A stretch of 64,000 nt of DNA from an uncultured Phycisphaeraceae bacterium (GCA_964610975.1 CAZSYN010000001.1:177065-241064); one strand, 5' to 3'. Counted from the first letter of the stretch, positions 28,650 through 39,354 are shown. Notes: a model not told the origin generated them from the letters alone. Translations and numbers: made by a program.

Positions 28650-29252
28650 TTACAGTAAGCGTTGACGATTTTTCAAAAGCTCAATGATTTTAGCAACACT
28701 TACTTCCGTCGGCTCGGAATCTGAGTGCAAATGCAGTTCAGGTTTTTCAGGCGCCTCGTATGGCGCATCAAGGCCGGTGAACTGCGGCGTTTTCCCTTCC
28801 GCAATGGCCGCGCGCGCTTTGGCGTAAAGCTTCTTGGGGTCCCGGCCTTCGCAAACCGGCAGCGGGGCGTCTACGAAAATCTCGTAAAATACGCCCTCAG
28901 GCGCCAGCGCGCGCACTTTATCGCGATCAGCCCGATACGGACTGATAAAGCTGGCAATGGCCACGAGTCCCGAATCCGCAAAGAGTTTGGCCACTTCGCC
29001 GATGCGCCGAATATTTTCCGTGCGATCCTGCGGCGCAAAACCAAGATCCTGGCATAACCCATGCCTGACGTTATCGCCATCAAGCACATAGGCGCCATAA
29101 CCTTTGGCCAGCAATGATTTCTCAAGAGCCATCGCAATTGTGGATTTACCGCAGCCAGAAAGCCCCGTCAGCCACACAATCGCGCCCCGCGTGCGTGTCA
29201 CGGCCGACCTGTCTGTCTGAGATACTTGATTCGCGTGCCATACAATAGTCAT
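28650..29252 (-). CDS. cysC: Adenylylsulfate (APS) kinase.
   Basis: P-loop GLSGCGKST and conserved APS-kinase blocks (LDGDNVRHGL, FISPYRADR). Confidence 0.9.
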   Translation of the reverse strand: MTIVWHANQVSQTDRSAVTRTRGAIVWLTGLSGCGKSTIAMALEKSLLAKGYGAYVLDGDNVRHGLCQDLGFAPQDRTENIRRIGEVAKLFADSGLVAIASFISPYRADRDKVRALAPEGVFYEIFVDAPLPVCEGRDPKKLYAKARAAIAEGKTPQFTGLDAPYEAPEKPELHLHSDSEPTEVSVAKIIELLKNRQRLL

Positions 29253-29297
29253 TCAATTATAATACAGATAGGAATTGTAGGAATCAAATACAAATAA

Positions 29298-29327
29298 AAG
29301 AAACGACCAGTCAATGGCCGTTTCTTT
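29298..29327 (-). terminator. Probable intrinsic terminator of the DUF1559 gene.
   Basis: AAAGAAACG/CGTTTCTTT stem; T-rich on the minus-strand transcript. Confidence 0.4.
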
Positions 29328-29378
29328 TATATCATCCGCCGGTTTTACCCGGCCTATTTTTCCTTCAGCAAAGATGGA

Positions 29379-30095
29379 TCATTCCGGAAGCCATTTGGTC
29401 ATCGGTAACCAACTGGTGTTATTCCAGCCGACAACCTTTTTGTCCGTGTTATTGACAACATCAACATGGCCATCAAGGTAACCAAAATTAGCTTTACCAT
29501 TGTGATACCATTTCGGAGTATCAAGGCCCGTTGAAGTATTGCCGTACACGCTGCGAATCGGGGTGAAATAGCCGTCGTTCGGGCCGCCCTCATCAACAAA
29601 AATAATCATATCCGCAAAATTTTTCGTGATTCGGCGCGGCTGAAAATAATAAACACTGACGGTGGGATGCTGAATACTGAAAGACGTATTGTAAATTCTG
29701 CTGTTGATAGAATAGCTCAACTGACCGTTGGCCGGCTTCTGGTCGCTGGGGCATAAATAGGCTTTCGCACTATTGACAATGGGAAAGAGCGATCCTCGTT
29801 TTACATCAAAAAGCGTATTGCCTGCGTAACCGCTTGGCACCCAGCAGCAATAGGTATTGGTTGTCCAGTCGCCGATGTTGCCATTGGCGCCGCCAGGCCA
29901 TGTTCCGTTATACATGTCGGCATATATGGTGTGGCCAAGAGAAATCTGGCGGATGTTCGTCGCGCAGACCACGCTTTTAGCCTGTTCGCGCGCATTGGCC
30001 AGTGACGGCAGCAATATCGCCATTAAAACGGCTATGATCGCCACGACGACCAGCAGTTCAATAAGCGTAAATCCTTTACGCTTATTCCTTGACAT
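29379..30095 (-). CDS. Prepilin-type N-terminal cleavage/methylation protein of the DUF1559 (H-X9-DG) family (type II secretion pseudopilin-like).
   Basis: [23 protein letters not shown] class III signal. C-terminal H-x9-DG motif (HNGKANFGYLDGH). Start called at MSRNKRKGFTLIELL; the ORF track extends to 30185. Confidence 0.75.
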   Translation of the reverse strand: MSRNKRKGFTLIELLVVVAIIAVLMAILLPSLANAREQAKSVVCATNIRQISLGHTIYADMYNGTWPGGANGNIGDWTTNTYCCWVPSGYAGNTLFDVKRGSLFPIVNSAKAYLCPSDQKPANGQLSYSINSRIYNTSFSIQHPTVSVYYFQPRRITKNFADMIIFVDEGGPNDGYFTPIRSVYGNTSTGLDTPKWYHNGKANFGYLDGHVDVVNNTDKKVVGWNNTSWLPMTKWLPE

Positions 30096-30200
30096 CACAT
30101 CGTGACTTGCTGATTTGGGATCATGTGCAGGAAGCATATTCATTACTCCACAAAGTATATCATCAGGATATGGTTTTGAGAGCACTTTTTGTCGTATTCA

Positions 30201-32492
30201 TTACGGAGCTGCGATGATAGGGCCCATGCGTACTTCAAGAGGCTCAAGAGTCATCGTGGTTTGTGCGTCAGGCTGTGCCGGAGGAGCAATAAGATCGCTC
30301 TGCCGCATCGTGGTGCCATGGCTTGATCGCCACACGCCCTGAACCGATTTATCATTCATATTGGCGATGAAAACAAGAGGCGTTTTTGAATGCGTACCGC
30401 GAATCACCACGTTCTCAATCGCATGCCCCGTGGCCGCGTCAACAAAACAATATGCGGGCTTGATACCGAGTTGACCCAGTGATTGCTTAAGACGTTCAGG
30501 CATGGCGTCCGGATTATCCGCGGATACCTGCATGCTGATAATCTGATTGTCGGAAAAAATATCATCGCCGCGGTCGTATCCGTAAGGATCTTTCGGCAAC
30601 TGGCCGTCACCGATATTGATCAATGCCGATTCGTTGGCCGCAAATCCTGTTTTAAGATACGAAACCAAACCCGCCCACGTATTGTCTGGCATGTGAGTCA
30701 CGCCGGGCAGCACAATAGCGCGCACCTGCGGAAAACGTTTCTGAAAATCACTCTCAGAGAGTGTTTGCTCTGTTATGGCGACAAACGGAATGCCGGTCTG
30801 ATTCAAAACCTGATAAGCGGCAAAGAGTGATTTTGGCGCATCAGGATTACGCAACATGGAGGTTCGCGAATAAAGCACCGCAACCTGCGGCTGCTCATTA
30901 ACAATCTGAGAAACTTCCGGCATCAGCCGCATGAGATCAAGGCCGGCCCGCATGTATTCCTCCATGGCATCCGGCCGATGCGGGAATAATCCGAAAAACG
31001 TACTGTTGGTGCTATTGACGCGATCCCACGTCCACGCCGCCGAAGCGCTCATGCCCGATATTGCCTCAAGCCATACCGATGCGGCGACGCGGTTGACCGG
31101 CACTTCCTCATCGCTGCGATCACGGAGAATATGATTTTCCGTATTGGCGATAGGCCGGCCTGCGCTTGATCGCAACAGCGAATACTCCAGCATGCCTTTT
31201 GTCGGATCAAGCAGAATACCCCGCTTTTTTGCATCCGGCGGCGAATACCCCATGCCGATATCCGTACCCGCCAGCGCACCGACACGCGAAAACAGATCAA
31301 GATCAACACCCTGCATGAGATCAAATAGCTGAAAACTTCGCTCAATCATTTTGATGTGAGTTGGTTTCCCCGGCGCGGCCGAAGCCACACCGTTTTGCAG
31401 AGACTGCATCCACGCGGCAAGCCGTTGATCGTTAAAACGCATCCAGTCATAAAGCGCCGCATCCTGCGGGAGCGGACGTGCCGGCGGTTCAAGATATGCC
31501 GGAACATCCGCAAATGAGGCATATTTTGTATGCAAACGTTTATTGAGCGCGGATATATTTCCGTATTGTCCGGAAAGATATTTGCCCCATAATTTCAACG
31601 TCGCCGTTTTGTCCTGACTCCACTTGAATGCCACTGGCTCATTGGCAATGCATACGGACCACGGATTGCGAAGATCAACAAACTCTCGCAGTATCCGGGC
31701 ATTGGTCTGATTCAAAAATTCATTCACGGCCGGATCACTGATGGGAAAGCGCACAAAACCGCCCAGGTGAGTACGCCATTCAGGATGATCCTGAAATTGC
31801 CAGTCCGGCATGTAATGTGGGGAAACCAGCAGATCAACCAGAATCCCTTTTGTTTCAGATTCCGTCATAAATGTGCGGAAATCGCTGATGGCATTTTGAT
31901 TCCAGGAATCTTTGGCCGGCAGAACATGGCGGGGGCCCAGTTCTGATTGAGAAAAATTAATTCCCAGATCGCCCAGCCAGGTAATATCCTTGCGCATGGT
32001 ATTAAATGCGCCGAAACCAAAGAGAAACACCGGACGATCTTTTTCAATTCGCCCGTCCGGCCACACCACGCTTTGAGTAAGCTGCATGCCCGAAGGCGCA
32101 GGCAAATCATTCGCAACGCGTTTTGGCACGGCCAATGGTTGAGCCGATCCGTCAATCAGAGTTTTCTGGTAGCGAATCACGCGCGGCAGCATGCGCTCAA
32201 GACCGACAAATTCAAGCGCCGCAATTTCCTTGCGATTATTCCGAACATCATCACGAAGCCAGTTTGTAAATCGCGTGATAAGCATCTGGTGCATGAGGGT
32301 ATATGCATCATTTTTTCCGGATTTGCCAAGCTCTTTGGCCAGTGATTCAGATTGCTCAACCATTGCCGTGATATTTTCAAACCGTGATTGAACGGTATCC
32401 TGATAATTCGCCTCCTGTGAAAAAGCGACAGAAGCGCTCAAAGTCAACATGACCGCCGTGGAATAGGCGAAATTAAAACGCAATGGCATCAA
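30201..32492 (-). CDS. Secreted glycoside hydrolase, clan GH-A (TIM barrel; GH42/GH35-like, family uncertain).
   Basis: Signal peptide. NEP acid/base motif (CIANEP). Size and block pattern are typical of large clan GH-A enzymes. Confidence 0.55.
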   Translation of the reverse strand: MMPLRFNFAYSTAVMLTLSASVAFSQEANYQDTVQSRFENITAMVEQSESLAKELGKSGKNDAYTLMHQMLITRFTNWLRDDVRNNRKEIAALEFVGLERMLPRVIRYQKTLIDGSAQPLAVPKRVANDLPAPSGMQLTQSVVWPDGRIEKDRPVFLFGFGAFNTMRKDITWLGDLGINFSQSELGPRHVLPAKDSWNQNAISDFRTFMTESETKGILVDLLVSPHYMPDWQFQDHPEWRTHLGGFVRFPISDPAVNEFLNQTNARILREFVDLRNPWSVCIANEPVAFKWSQDKTATLKLWGKYLSGQYGNISALNKRLHTKYASFADVPAYLEPPARPLPQDAALYDWMRFNDQRLAAWMQSLQNGVASAAPGKPTHIKMIERSFQLFDLMQGVDLDLFSRVGALAGTDIGMGYSPPDAKKRGILLDPTKGMLEYSLLRSSAGRPIANTENHILRDRSDEEVPVNRVAASVWLEAISGMSASAAWTWDRVNSTNSTFFGLFPHRPDAMEEYMRAGLDLMRLMPEVSQIVNEQPQVAVLYSRTSMLRNPDAPKSLFAAYQVLNQTGIPFVAITEQTLSESDFQKRFPQVRAIVLPGVTHMPDNTWAGLVSYLKTGFAANESALINIGDGQLPKDPYGYDRGDDIFSDNQIISMQVSADNPDAMPERLKQSLGQLGIKPAYCFVDAATGHAIENVVIRGTHSKTPLVFIANMNDKSVQGVWRSSHGTTMRQSDLIAPPAQPDAQTTMTLEPLEVRMGPIIAAP

Positions 32493-32548
32493 GACATCAC
32501 CTCAAGAACAAAACATGCCGACACTGATTGTAGCATCCGAAACGGCGT

Positions 32549-33307
32549 TTATTTTTTTCTGAGCATCATGGCCATCGGAATGGCGGAGAATAATCCCAGT
32601 GCCGCCGGTTCCGGTACCGATAAAAAACTGTTTGGCTCAAGTACGGCCGAAGAGATCTTGAATGTATCAACCGCGCCAATAAAATCGCGTGAAGTCTGCC
32701 AGCCAAAACCCGTGCCGATGTAGAGATAATCCGAACTGACTGCGCCGCCGGTATAGTTAATGCTTGATTGCTCAACGCCATCAACATAAAGCGTATATTT
32801 GCCGCTGTCTTTGGCGTGAGTAATGGCGATAGCGTGCCATTTACCGTCATTGACCGTGGCCGTGGACGTCAGCGCAGTACTGCCGCCGAAAATGGCCGAA
32901 ACAGTGCCGGCGGTCACGGTGCTGTTGGTTAAATCATTCCAGTAAATACCCCAGCCATGCGCTGATGCATTGGCGTAATTTTTGGAAATAATCCAGTTTG
33001 TGGCAGAAGTATCCGCACTGGCGCCATTGATCTTGAACACCAGTTCAATCGTAAAATCCGTATTTTCAGATAGGTTGAGAATCTGATTATTTTGCAGCCT
33101 GACATAATCGCTGGTGCTTGACGTAAATTGTATGGCTTTGCTGTTCGGCGTTGCGCCGTCAACATACGTCACGCTGCCGTTGGCCGTGCTATTAATCAGA
33201 TTATTGGCTTCGTTGACATTCTCATTAAATTCCCAGATGGCGCCGAATGATGCCTGAGCAAGAAGTCCTGACGCAAGCAGGCATCCCGGCAAATATCCAT
33301 AGTTCAT
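32549..33307 (-). CDS. LamG/concanavalin-like lectin-fold protein with a PEP-CTERM anchor.
   Basis: Signal peptide. C-terminus VPEPAALGLFSAIPMAMMLRKK. Start called at MNYGYLPG, which has an AGGGAGAAG RBS; the ORF track extends to 33418. Confidence 0.75.
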   Translation of the reverse strand: MNYGYLPGCLLASGLLAQASFGAIWEFNENVNEANNLINSTANGSVTYVDGATPNSKAIQFTSSTSDYVRLQNNQILNLSENTDFTIELVFKINGASADTSATNWIISKNYANASAHGWGIYWNDLTNSTVTAGTVSAIFGGSTALTSTATVNDGKWHAIAITHAKDSGKYTLYVDGVEQSSINYTGGAVSSDYLYIGTGFGWQTSRDFIGAVDTFKISSAVLEPNSFLSVPEPAALGLFSAIPMAMMLRKK

Positions 33308-33650
33308 TATTCTTCTCCCTTTTTCAATGAATAAGTTATTAAGTGCTAACGCAATTATTAGGGCATTTTTATAACCGGCGAAAAAAACGAAGACTACACC
33401 TCTGATTATGCGGATCAAATTCAGATATGTGCTTAATTTTGGGTTACCAGCAGGTGACCAAGAAAATCAACACTCTTACTATATCATCAAATTTCCTAAA
33501 AACAACTTTTTGTTTATTTGTCATTAAAAACGATATAACAATTTGATAAATAAATATTTAAGACGCAAACTAAAGTCTTGTTTTTAATAAATATTACGTA
33601 ATATTTCGTAATTTGTTGTTATTGTGTACACTTGATGTAGAATAGATCTT

Positions 33651-34697
33651 ATGACGATCAGTCAACGCGACATTGCCGATCAGCTTAAGCTGTCCACAGC
33701 GACGGTAAGTAAATCCCTGCGCAATGCGCCGGAGATTCCGCCGGAAACTCGTGCGCAGGTCATCAACATGGCCATGCAGCTTGGGTATCGGCCGGCCTCG
33801 GCGCGTCTTGATAAAAAGCCGCGCGGGCGAAATAAAAATTTTGCACTCGCTTCACTGATTCAGACGGATGAAGGAATTGAGGCAGGATGCAATATTCACC
33901 TGCTGGGTTTTTTAGCCGGCATGACCGAGGCCGCACATGAAGTCAATGCCACCGTCATGGTGCATTGCGTGCCGCTCTCTGAGCGCGAAAAAATAGCGGA
34001 TTCCGATCATCAACCTCCCGCTCTGAGAGAAGGGCGGATTAACGGCGTGATCCTTCAGCATTATTTTCCGCGCGAAGTTGTGGATCGTCTGGCCAGGCAG
34101 TATCCGTGCGTCACCATTATGCATCGTTATCCGGGGCAACTCATTGACAGCATTGATCTTGATGCGGCCCATGCAGTCGGCATGCTCATCGGCCACCTGT
34201 ATGCCCAGGGACATCGTAGAATCGGTTTTCTTGGCGATGCCGCCGGCCAGTCGTGGTTGTTGGCGCGATTTGCGGCATATGTTCAGGCCTTAACGCAATA
34301 CGGCCTGCAATATGATATTGATATTGCAGATCCGCAGCTCAACGCACTGCATGCCAATGAAGAAATTGTGCAAAGAATTACAGATGTCACGCGCCGCGGG
34401 GTCACGGCGTGGGTTTGCAGCAATGATCTGCTGGGATATCAATGGTACAGGCATTTTGAAAATTGCGGACTTAAAGTACCGCAGGATGTTTCTCTGGTCG
34501 GTTTTGATGCGGTTCCTGTTCCGCCCGGACTCAAACAAATCACCACGATACAGATACCTTCCGATGTCATGGGGCGCTTTGCCGTTAAGCGGATTGTCGA
34601 GCGCATTCAAGATTCAACAACTCCATTTTGCCGAATCTGCATTGAGGGCAGGCTTATTGACGGGTTGACCACCGCCCGCGCTTCAAGCCGGCCATAA
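33651..34697 (+). CDS. LacI-family transcriptional regulator.
   Basis: N-terminal HTH (IADQLKLSTATVSKSLRN) followed by a periplasmic-binding-protein-like sugar-binding domain. Confidence 0.85.
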   Translation: MTISQRDIADQLKLSTATVSKSLRNAPEIPPETRAQVINMAMQLGYRPASARLDKKPRGRNKNFALASLIQTDEGIEAGCNIHLLGFLAGMTEAAHEVNATVMVHCVPLSEREKIADSDHQPPALREGRINGVILQHYFPREVVDRLARQYPCVTIMHRYPGQLIDSIDLDAAHAVGMLIGHLYAQGHRRIGFLGDAAGQSWLLARFAAYVQALTQYGLQYDIDIADPQLNALHANEEIVQRITDVTRRGVTAWVCSNDLLGYQWYRHFENCGLKVPQDVSLVGFDAVPVPPGLKQITTIQIPSDVMGRFAVKRIVERIQDSTTPFCRICIEGRLIDGLTTARASSRP

Positions 34698-34895
34698 ACG
34701 CCGTCATCTTTAATCCATAATATTCGCGTAAAAGTATAATTGGTTGTTTTTGGATTAATTCAACGCAAAAACGAATAGTGGCAATATTGTTATAGATTAT
34801 TTGAAAAAATATTTGCATTCCAATTTGTATAGGGTATATCTATAACATCTTTGATCTATAACAAAATTGTTCCTTTCTGGTAATAGCAAGAAGAC

Positions 34896-35951
34896 ATGAA
34901 GGCGAAGTATCAGCAATTAATCAGTGTGCTTGAGCGCCGGATTCACGCGGGTGATTATTCGCTAGAAGATTTACCCAGTGAGCGCAAACTGGCGGCCGAG
35001 CTTGGCGTAAGCCACATGACGGCCCGCCGCGCTGTGCAATATCTGATTGATACGGGCCTGATTAAGCGTGAATCAACACACAGTCGCAGCACGAGTTCAA
35101 AAAATCTGCTTAAAATTGCCTGCTTAATGCCGGCATTTGAATCTCCGAGCCTTCTGAATCTGTTTCGCAGGCTCAGCCAGGTGGTGGCGGAAAAAGAAGG
35201 TGTGGTAAGGCCGGTAAGTTATACAAGTTGGCATGATCCGGTCATTATGGACGTTCTGGATGGCGATTTTGACGGCATTTTTATGTTGCCGCCAAGTGAT
35301 ATGCCGCAGGTCATGCAGGATCGTTTGGCCAAAAATAAAGATCGGCTGGTAACGGTTTATCATGATCTGACGCATCTTGGCATCCCTTGTGTGGAGAGCG
35401 GCAGATCAGATGCGGTCATGCAAATCGTCTCGCATCTTGTGAATCTGGGACACCGTCATCTTTTGATGCTGAATACTCAGCCGTGTCATCCGGTCATATC
35501 TCAGCGTATCGCGGCATGGCAGGCCGGCATCAAATTGCATCATGTTGACGGTCTGTTATTTGATGAGCCGGTTGAGGTGATGGCGCCTGCCGATGACAAG
35601 GCAATGGAAGTAACCAAACGGCTGATAGAACAGAAGATCATCGGGTCGGGCAGCGAAGTTACGGCCATGATCAGCACGACGCTTGAAACATTGCGTGCGG
35701 CCATGCGCGTAATGGTGGATCATGGAATCAGAGTGCCGCAGGATATATCCGTTGCAACATGCGACCAGACACGGATTGCCAAGCAGTCTTTGCCGTCAAT
35801 TACAACTCTTGATATCCCTGATCCCGCGCCGTATCTGCAAATCGGTCTTGATTGGATTATGTCGCGCGGGCAAAACTGGGATCGCCCGTTGCTGATAGAA
35901 CCGGAATCTGTTTCCGTTTGGTGCGGTGAGTCCACAATAGCCCGTTCGTAA
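34896..35951 (+). CDS. GntR-type wHTH regulator fused to a LacI/PBP-like sugar-binding domain.
   Basis: N-terminal GntR HTH (LPSERKLAAELGVSHMTARRAVQYL) followed by a PBP type-1-like domain. Confidence 0.8.
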   Translation: MKAKYQQLISVLERRIHAGDYSLEDLPSERKLAAELGVSHMTARRAVQYLIDTGLIKRESTHSRSTSSKNLLKIACLMPAFESPSLLNLFRRLSQVVAEKEGVVRPVSYTSWHDPVIMDVLDGDFDGIFMLPPSDMPQVMQDRLAKNKDRLVTVYHDLTHLGIPCVESGRSDAVMQIVSHLVNLGHRHLLMLNTQPCHPVISQRIAAWQAGIKLHHVDGLLFDEPVEVMAPADDKAMEVTKRLIEQKIIGSGSEVTAMISTTLETLRAAMRVMVDHGIRVPQDISVATCDQTRIAKQSLPSITTLDIPDPAPYLQIGLDWIMSRGQNWDRPLLIEPESVSVWCGESTIARS

Positions 35952-36035
35952 ACACATCCGCTGGCCGCCACTGATTCATATACGCAATGCATTGGCGGAA
36001 GTAGTTCAACAAAAGGAAGAATAGGAGAAAAGTTA

Positions 36036-36980
36036 ATGCGATATGCAACTGTTACAATGATCATTTCCATGGCCGCGGCCGGAGCCGTTCAAGCGTCAAC
36101 CATGGTGGGAACTGATTTTTCAGGCGGTAACGATAATACCGCAACATATAATCCGGGCAGCGGCGCGCCCACATCAGATTCATTCAAAGGAACAAACGGA
36201 AACGGATGGAGTTCTGCATGGTCTCAGCGTGTAGAAGGCGCATTGGGAACAGGCGTTAACCGCACGGGTGTCATCAACACGTCTCCGCTGACAGCGTCTG
36301 GCGGCAATTATCTGAATGTTGATTTTACAAACGGCACCAGCAACGTTCAGGGTGGCGTACACGAAGTTCGTTCATACGCGACACTGGCAAACGGCGGCAT
36401 TGATACAACGCAGACGCATACCGTATCATTCAAATTCCGGCTTGATTCGGCGTTGTCCGATCGCAGCCTGACAAATACCAGCGAATTTATCCGTTTTTTT
36501 GACAACAATACGTCAGCCGGAACCGGTTCTGCCGCGACATCGTGGATTATTTATGCCGGTGGTTATGCGAGCCAAACCAGCAATATCACGTTCCGCCTGC
36601 AATCCGGTGATGGAAATGGCACCGGTAATACAATCTGGACCGACACAGGGATTGTTCTTGCGAATAACGTCGTGTATAGCATCTCAGTAACGGTTCATCC
36701 CGTAGCAGGCTCCTTTAGCCTGGCCAATAATTACCCCACATGGGATGTGACGATCAACGATGGTACTAACACATTTACTCAGACAGGGCTGAGATTTCGC
36801 AATAATGCAACAACTTCCGGCCGAACCCTGCAATTTGGAGGTTATGAGACAACAGCAAATACGGTATTATCGTATTCTATTGATGACTTGACGATAGCAG
36901 TTCCCGAGGCCGCATCGCTGTCCCTCGTCGGACTTGGCGCGTTGGCGCTGCTAAGCAAGCGTCATCATGCTAATCATTAA
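36036..36980 (+). CDS. Secreted Thr/Asn/Gly-rich protein with a PEP-CTERM-type anchor (VPEA variant).
   Basis: Signal peptide. C-terminus VPEAASLSLVGLGALALLSKRHH. Confidence 0.7.
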   Translation: MRYATVTMIISMAAAGAVQASTMVGTDFSGGNDNTATYNPGSGAPTSDSFKGTNGNGWSSAWSQRVEGALGTGVNRTGVINTSPLTASGGNYLNVDFTNGTSNVQGGVHEVRSYATLANGGIDTTQTHTVSFKFRLDSALSDRSLTNTSEFIRFFDNNTSAGTGSAATSWIIYAGGYASQTSNITFRLQSGDGNGTGNTIWTDTGIVLANNVVYSISVTVHPVAGSFSLANNYPTWDVTINDGTNTFTQTGLRFRNNATTSGRTLQFGGYETTANTVLSYSIDDLTIAVPEAASLSLVGLGALALLSKRHHANH

Positions 36981-37044
36981 TTCAATATTGTTTATGTATT
37001 CTTGTCATCTCCGGCATATAGTAAACTAATGCAAAGGTGCGAAG

Positions 37045-37803
37045 ATGAGACAAAATAACGTTCACAAATCCGCATTCACGCTAATTGAGCTGCTGGTCGT
37101 GGTTGCGATTATAGTTGTTCTTATCGCCATACTTTTGCCCTCATTAAGTAAGGCGCGCGAGCAGGCCAAAAGCACGGCTTGTCTTTCCAATTTAAGACAG
37201 CTTGGCATTATGTTTGTCACCTATTCTGCGGAGAATGATGATAAGACTCCTGCACTGGAACTGGTGGCGGGCAATCCCTACGATACTTGGTATCATCAGG
37301 TATTTGGCGTCCTCAGCGCGACAACACAGGATAAGGTGGACCTCACAAAAGTAAAGGCGCTGTTTTGTCCGAGCGATGTTTCCGTCGGCGGTGATTCATT
37401 TGGTTCCTATGCTCTTCGCTTCTGCCAGCGCCGCATCAGTTACGGATACAATCAAAAGGGCATGAACAGTCGCGCATACGGAACGCTCAATGACGGCCTG
37501 GGATTAAAATATAGTTCACTTTCTCAGCCGACCGACAGAATACTACTTGTAGATAACGCTATTCTTAATGGAACAAACTATCACGGATGGTATTACGCCA
37601 ATCCGTGGAGAGATTTTGGCCAGGGCAGCGCGTTTCCGCGTCATAGCATTAACAATTATGTGAGCAATGTCTTGTGGGCTGATGGCCACGCGTCATCGGT
37701 GACATCTCCTTCCGCAAGCATGTATGATGATCGCGCGTTGGGTGGTTATTATTCAGCACGCGCTAAAAACCACTGGTTCTTTGATGCGAATGGTCGATTC
37801 TGA
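37045..37803 (+). CDS. Prepilin-type N-terminal cleavage/methylation protein, DUF1559 family.
   Basis: [25 protein letters not shown] class III signal peptide and a C-terminal LWADGH motif. Confidence 0.8.
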   Translation: MRQNNVHKSAFTLIELLVVVAIIVVLIAILLPSLSKAREQAKSTACLSNLRQLGIMFVTYSAENDDKTPALELVAGNPYDTWYHQVFGVLSATTQDKVDLTKVKALFCPSDVSVGGDSFGSYALRFCQRRISYGYNQKGMNSRAYGTLNDGLGLKYSSLSQPTDRILLVDNAILNGTNYHGWYYANPWRDFGQGSAFPRHSINNYVSNVLWADGHASSVTSPSASMYDDRALGGYYSARAKNHWFFDANGRF

Positions 37804-37889
37804 ATAATAACAGTCAATTCATTTGTATACAGCAGCCACTTTGATGTGGCTGTTATTTTATAAACAATACATAACTGATAGAGGTTGCG

Positions 37890-39344
37890 ATGAAAAACTG
37901 GCGTAAGCTATTGCTGGCCTCCGTATGTGCGTATTCCTGCATCGTGATGAGTCATGCGGCAAAAGCGCAGGAATCTCGCACGGGAATTGCCTGTCACTTT
38001 ACCTGGTGGAGTAAGCCAGAAGAATATGACAGAACCGCCCGGCTTATCGCAGAAAGCGGCGCAGGATGGGCGCGTGACGGTGTTACGTGGAGAAATGTTG
38101 AATATGAAAAAGGCAAATACAGATTAAGCAATGAAGTTCGCCAGTGGGTGGCCGCGTGCCGTAAGCATAATGTCAATGTCATCATGCTGATCAATGCCAC
38201 CACGCATGGAAAAGGCACCGAAAAAGGGACCGGTTTTTATGACGATGTATATGATCCGGATGCCTTTGCAGCCTATGCGGCATATGTGGCAAAAGAATTG
38301 CCTGAAGTTACGCATTTTGAGATTATGAACGAGCCGGCCAACTTCGGTTATTCAAAATATTATGGCGGAATGTGGAATGGCATGGGCGATTCTCCCTGGG
38401 TGGCTCAATATGTGGTTTTGCTGAACAAAGCGGCTGCGGCGATCAAGGCCGTGCGGCCTGACGCTAAAGTTGCTGGTTTGGGCTCCGTGGCGCCGGTGAA
38501 TTTCCGCCAGTTGGCAATGGGCGTGTCGCCTCAAGTTGATGCAATCGTGGATCATCCGTACTCGTTTAGGCAAATACCGGAACTTGTACCGTTTACCGCC
38601 GGCCATCTTAAGCGTGATGGCATTATAACGGCTGATGAAAAAGGAACGTTTGCCTCACAGATCAGAATGTACCGTGAGCAATCCGCCAAACATAACGGCC
38701 CCAAACAATTCTGGCTGACAGAGTGGGGATACAGCACATATCAACCTGTTACCAAAGGCATGTATGCTGGCTTTACGCCCAGTGCGCAGGCAAAATATCT
38801 TCAACGCAGGGTCGTTGAATGCATGGGGCTTGGTATTGAAATTTCGGTTATTTACGATTTGAAGAATGACGGGCGCAATATCAACGATGCCGAAAATAAT
38901 TTTGGTTTGCTTGATGCCGACTGGAAACCAAAACCGTCCTATTACGCATTACAGAAAGTCAATAAAATCATGTCGGAATGGCAAGCCGCATCATGGGGTG
39001 AAATTAAAGTTAAAACACTTCCTGATCGTGCGGATCGCTGGCCTATTGTATGGGATGACGTCAAAATGACCGCGCCGGGCGATATCACCACCTATCAATT
39101 CAATAACGGTAAAAATCAGCAGGCCTTCGCGGTCTGGTCAACTGAGCGCGCCGATGGTGATTTATTACCAAGAGCGGCGGATTTCGAAATATCAGCTACA
39201 ACATCGGTAAAAAAAGTAGAAGCTGTTGATATGATGACAGATGTTCGCACCACATTAAAATTTGAAAAGAATGGCAATATGATTATCCTGAAGAAAATAA
39301 CGGTGCCGGATTCACCGGTTCTTGTTGTCATGTCGAGCGAATAA
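37890..39344 (+). CDS. Secreted clan GH-A glycoside hydrolase (GH5/GH39-like).
   Basis: Signal peptide. EIMNEP acid/base motif and LTEWG nucleophile-type motif. Confidence 0.7.
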   Translation: MKNWRKLLLASVCAYSCIVMSHAAKAQESRTGIACHFTWWSKPEEYDRTARLIAESGAGWARDGVTWRNVEYEKGKYRLSNEVRQWVAACRKHNVNVIMLINATTHGKGTEKGTGFYDDVYDPDAFAAYAAYVAKELPEVTHFEIMNEPANFGYSKYYGGMWNGMGDSPWVAQYVVLLNKAAAAIKAVRPDAKVAGLGSVAPVNFRQLAMGVSPQVDAIVDHPYSFRQIPELVPFTAGHLKRDGIITADEKGTFASQIRMYREQSAKHNGPKQFWLTEWGYSTYQPVTKGMYAGFTPSAQAKYLQRRVVECMGLGIEISVIYDLKNDGRNINDAENNFGLLDADWKPKPSYYALQKVNKIMSEWQAASWGEIKVKTLPDRADRWPIVWDDVKMTAPGDITTYQFNNGKNQQAFAVWSTERADGDLLPRAADFEISATTSVKKVEAVDMMTDVRTTLKFEKNGNMIILKKITVPDSPVLVVMSSE

Positions 39345-39354
39345 AAGGAAACGC

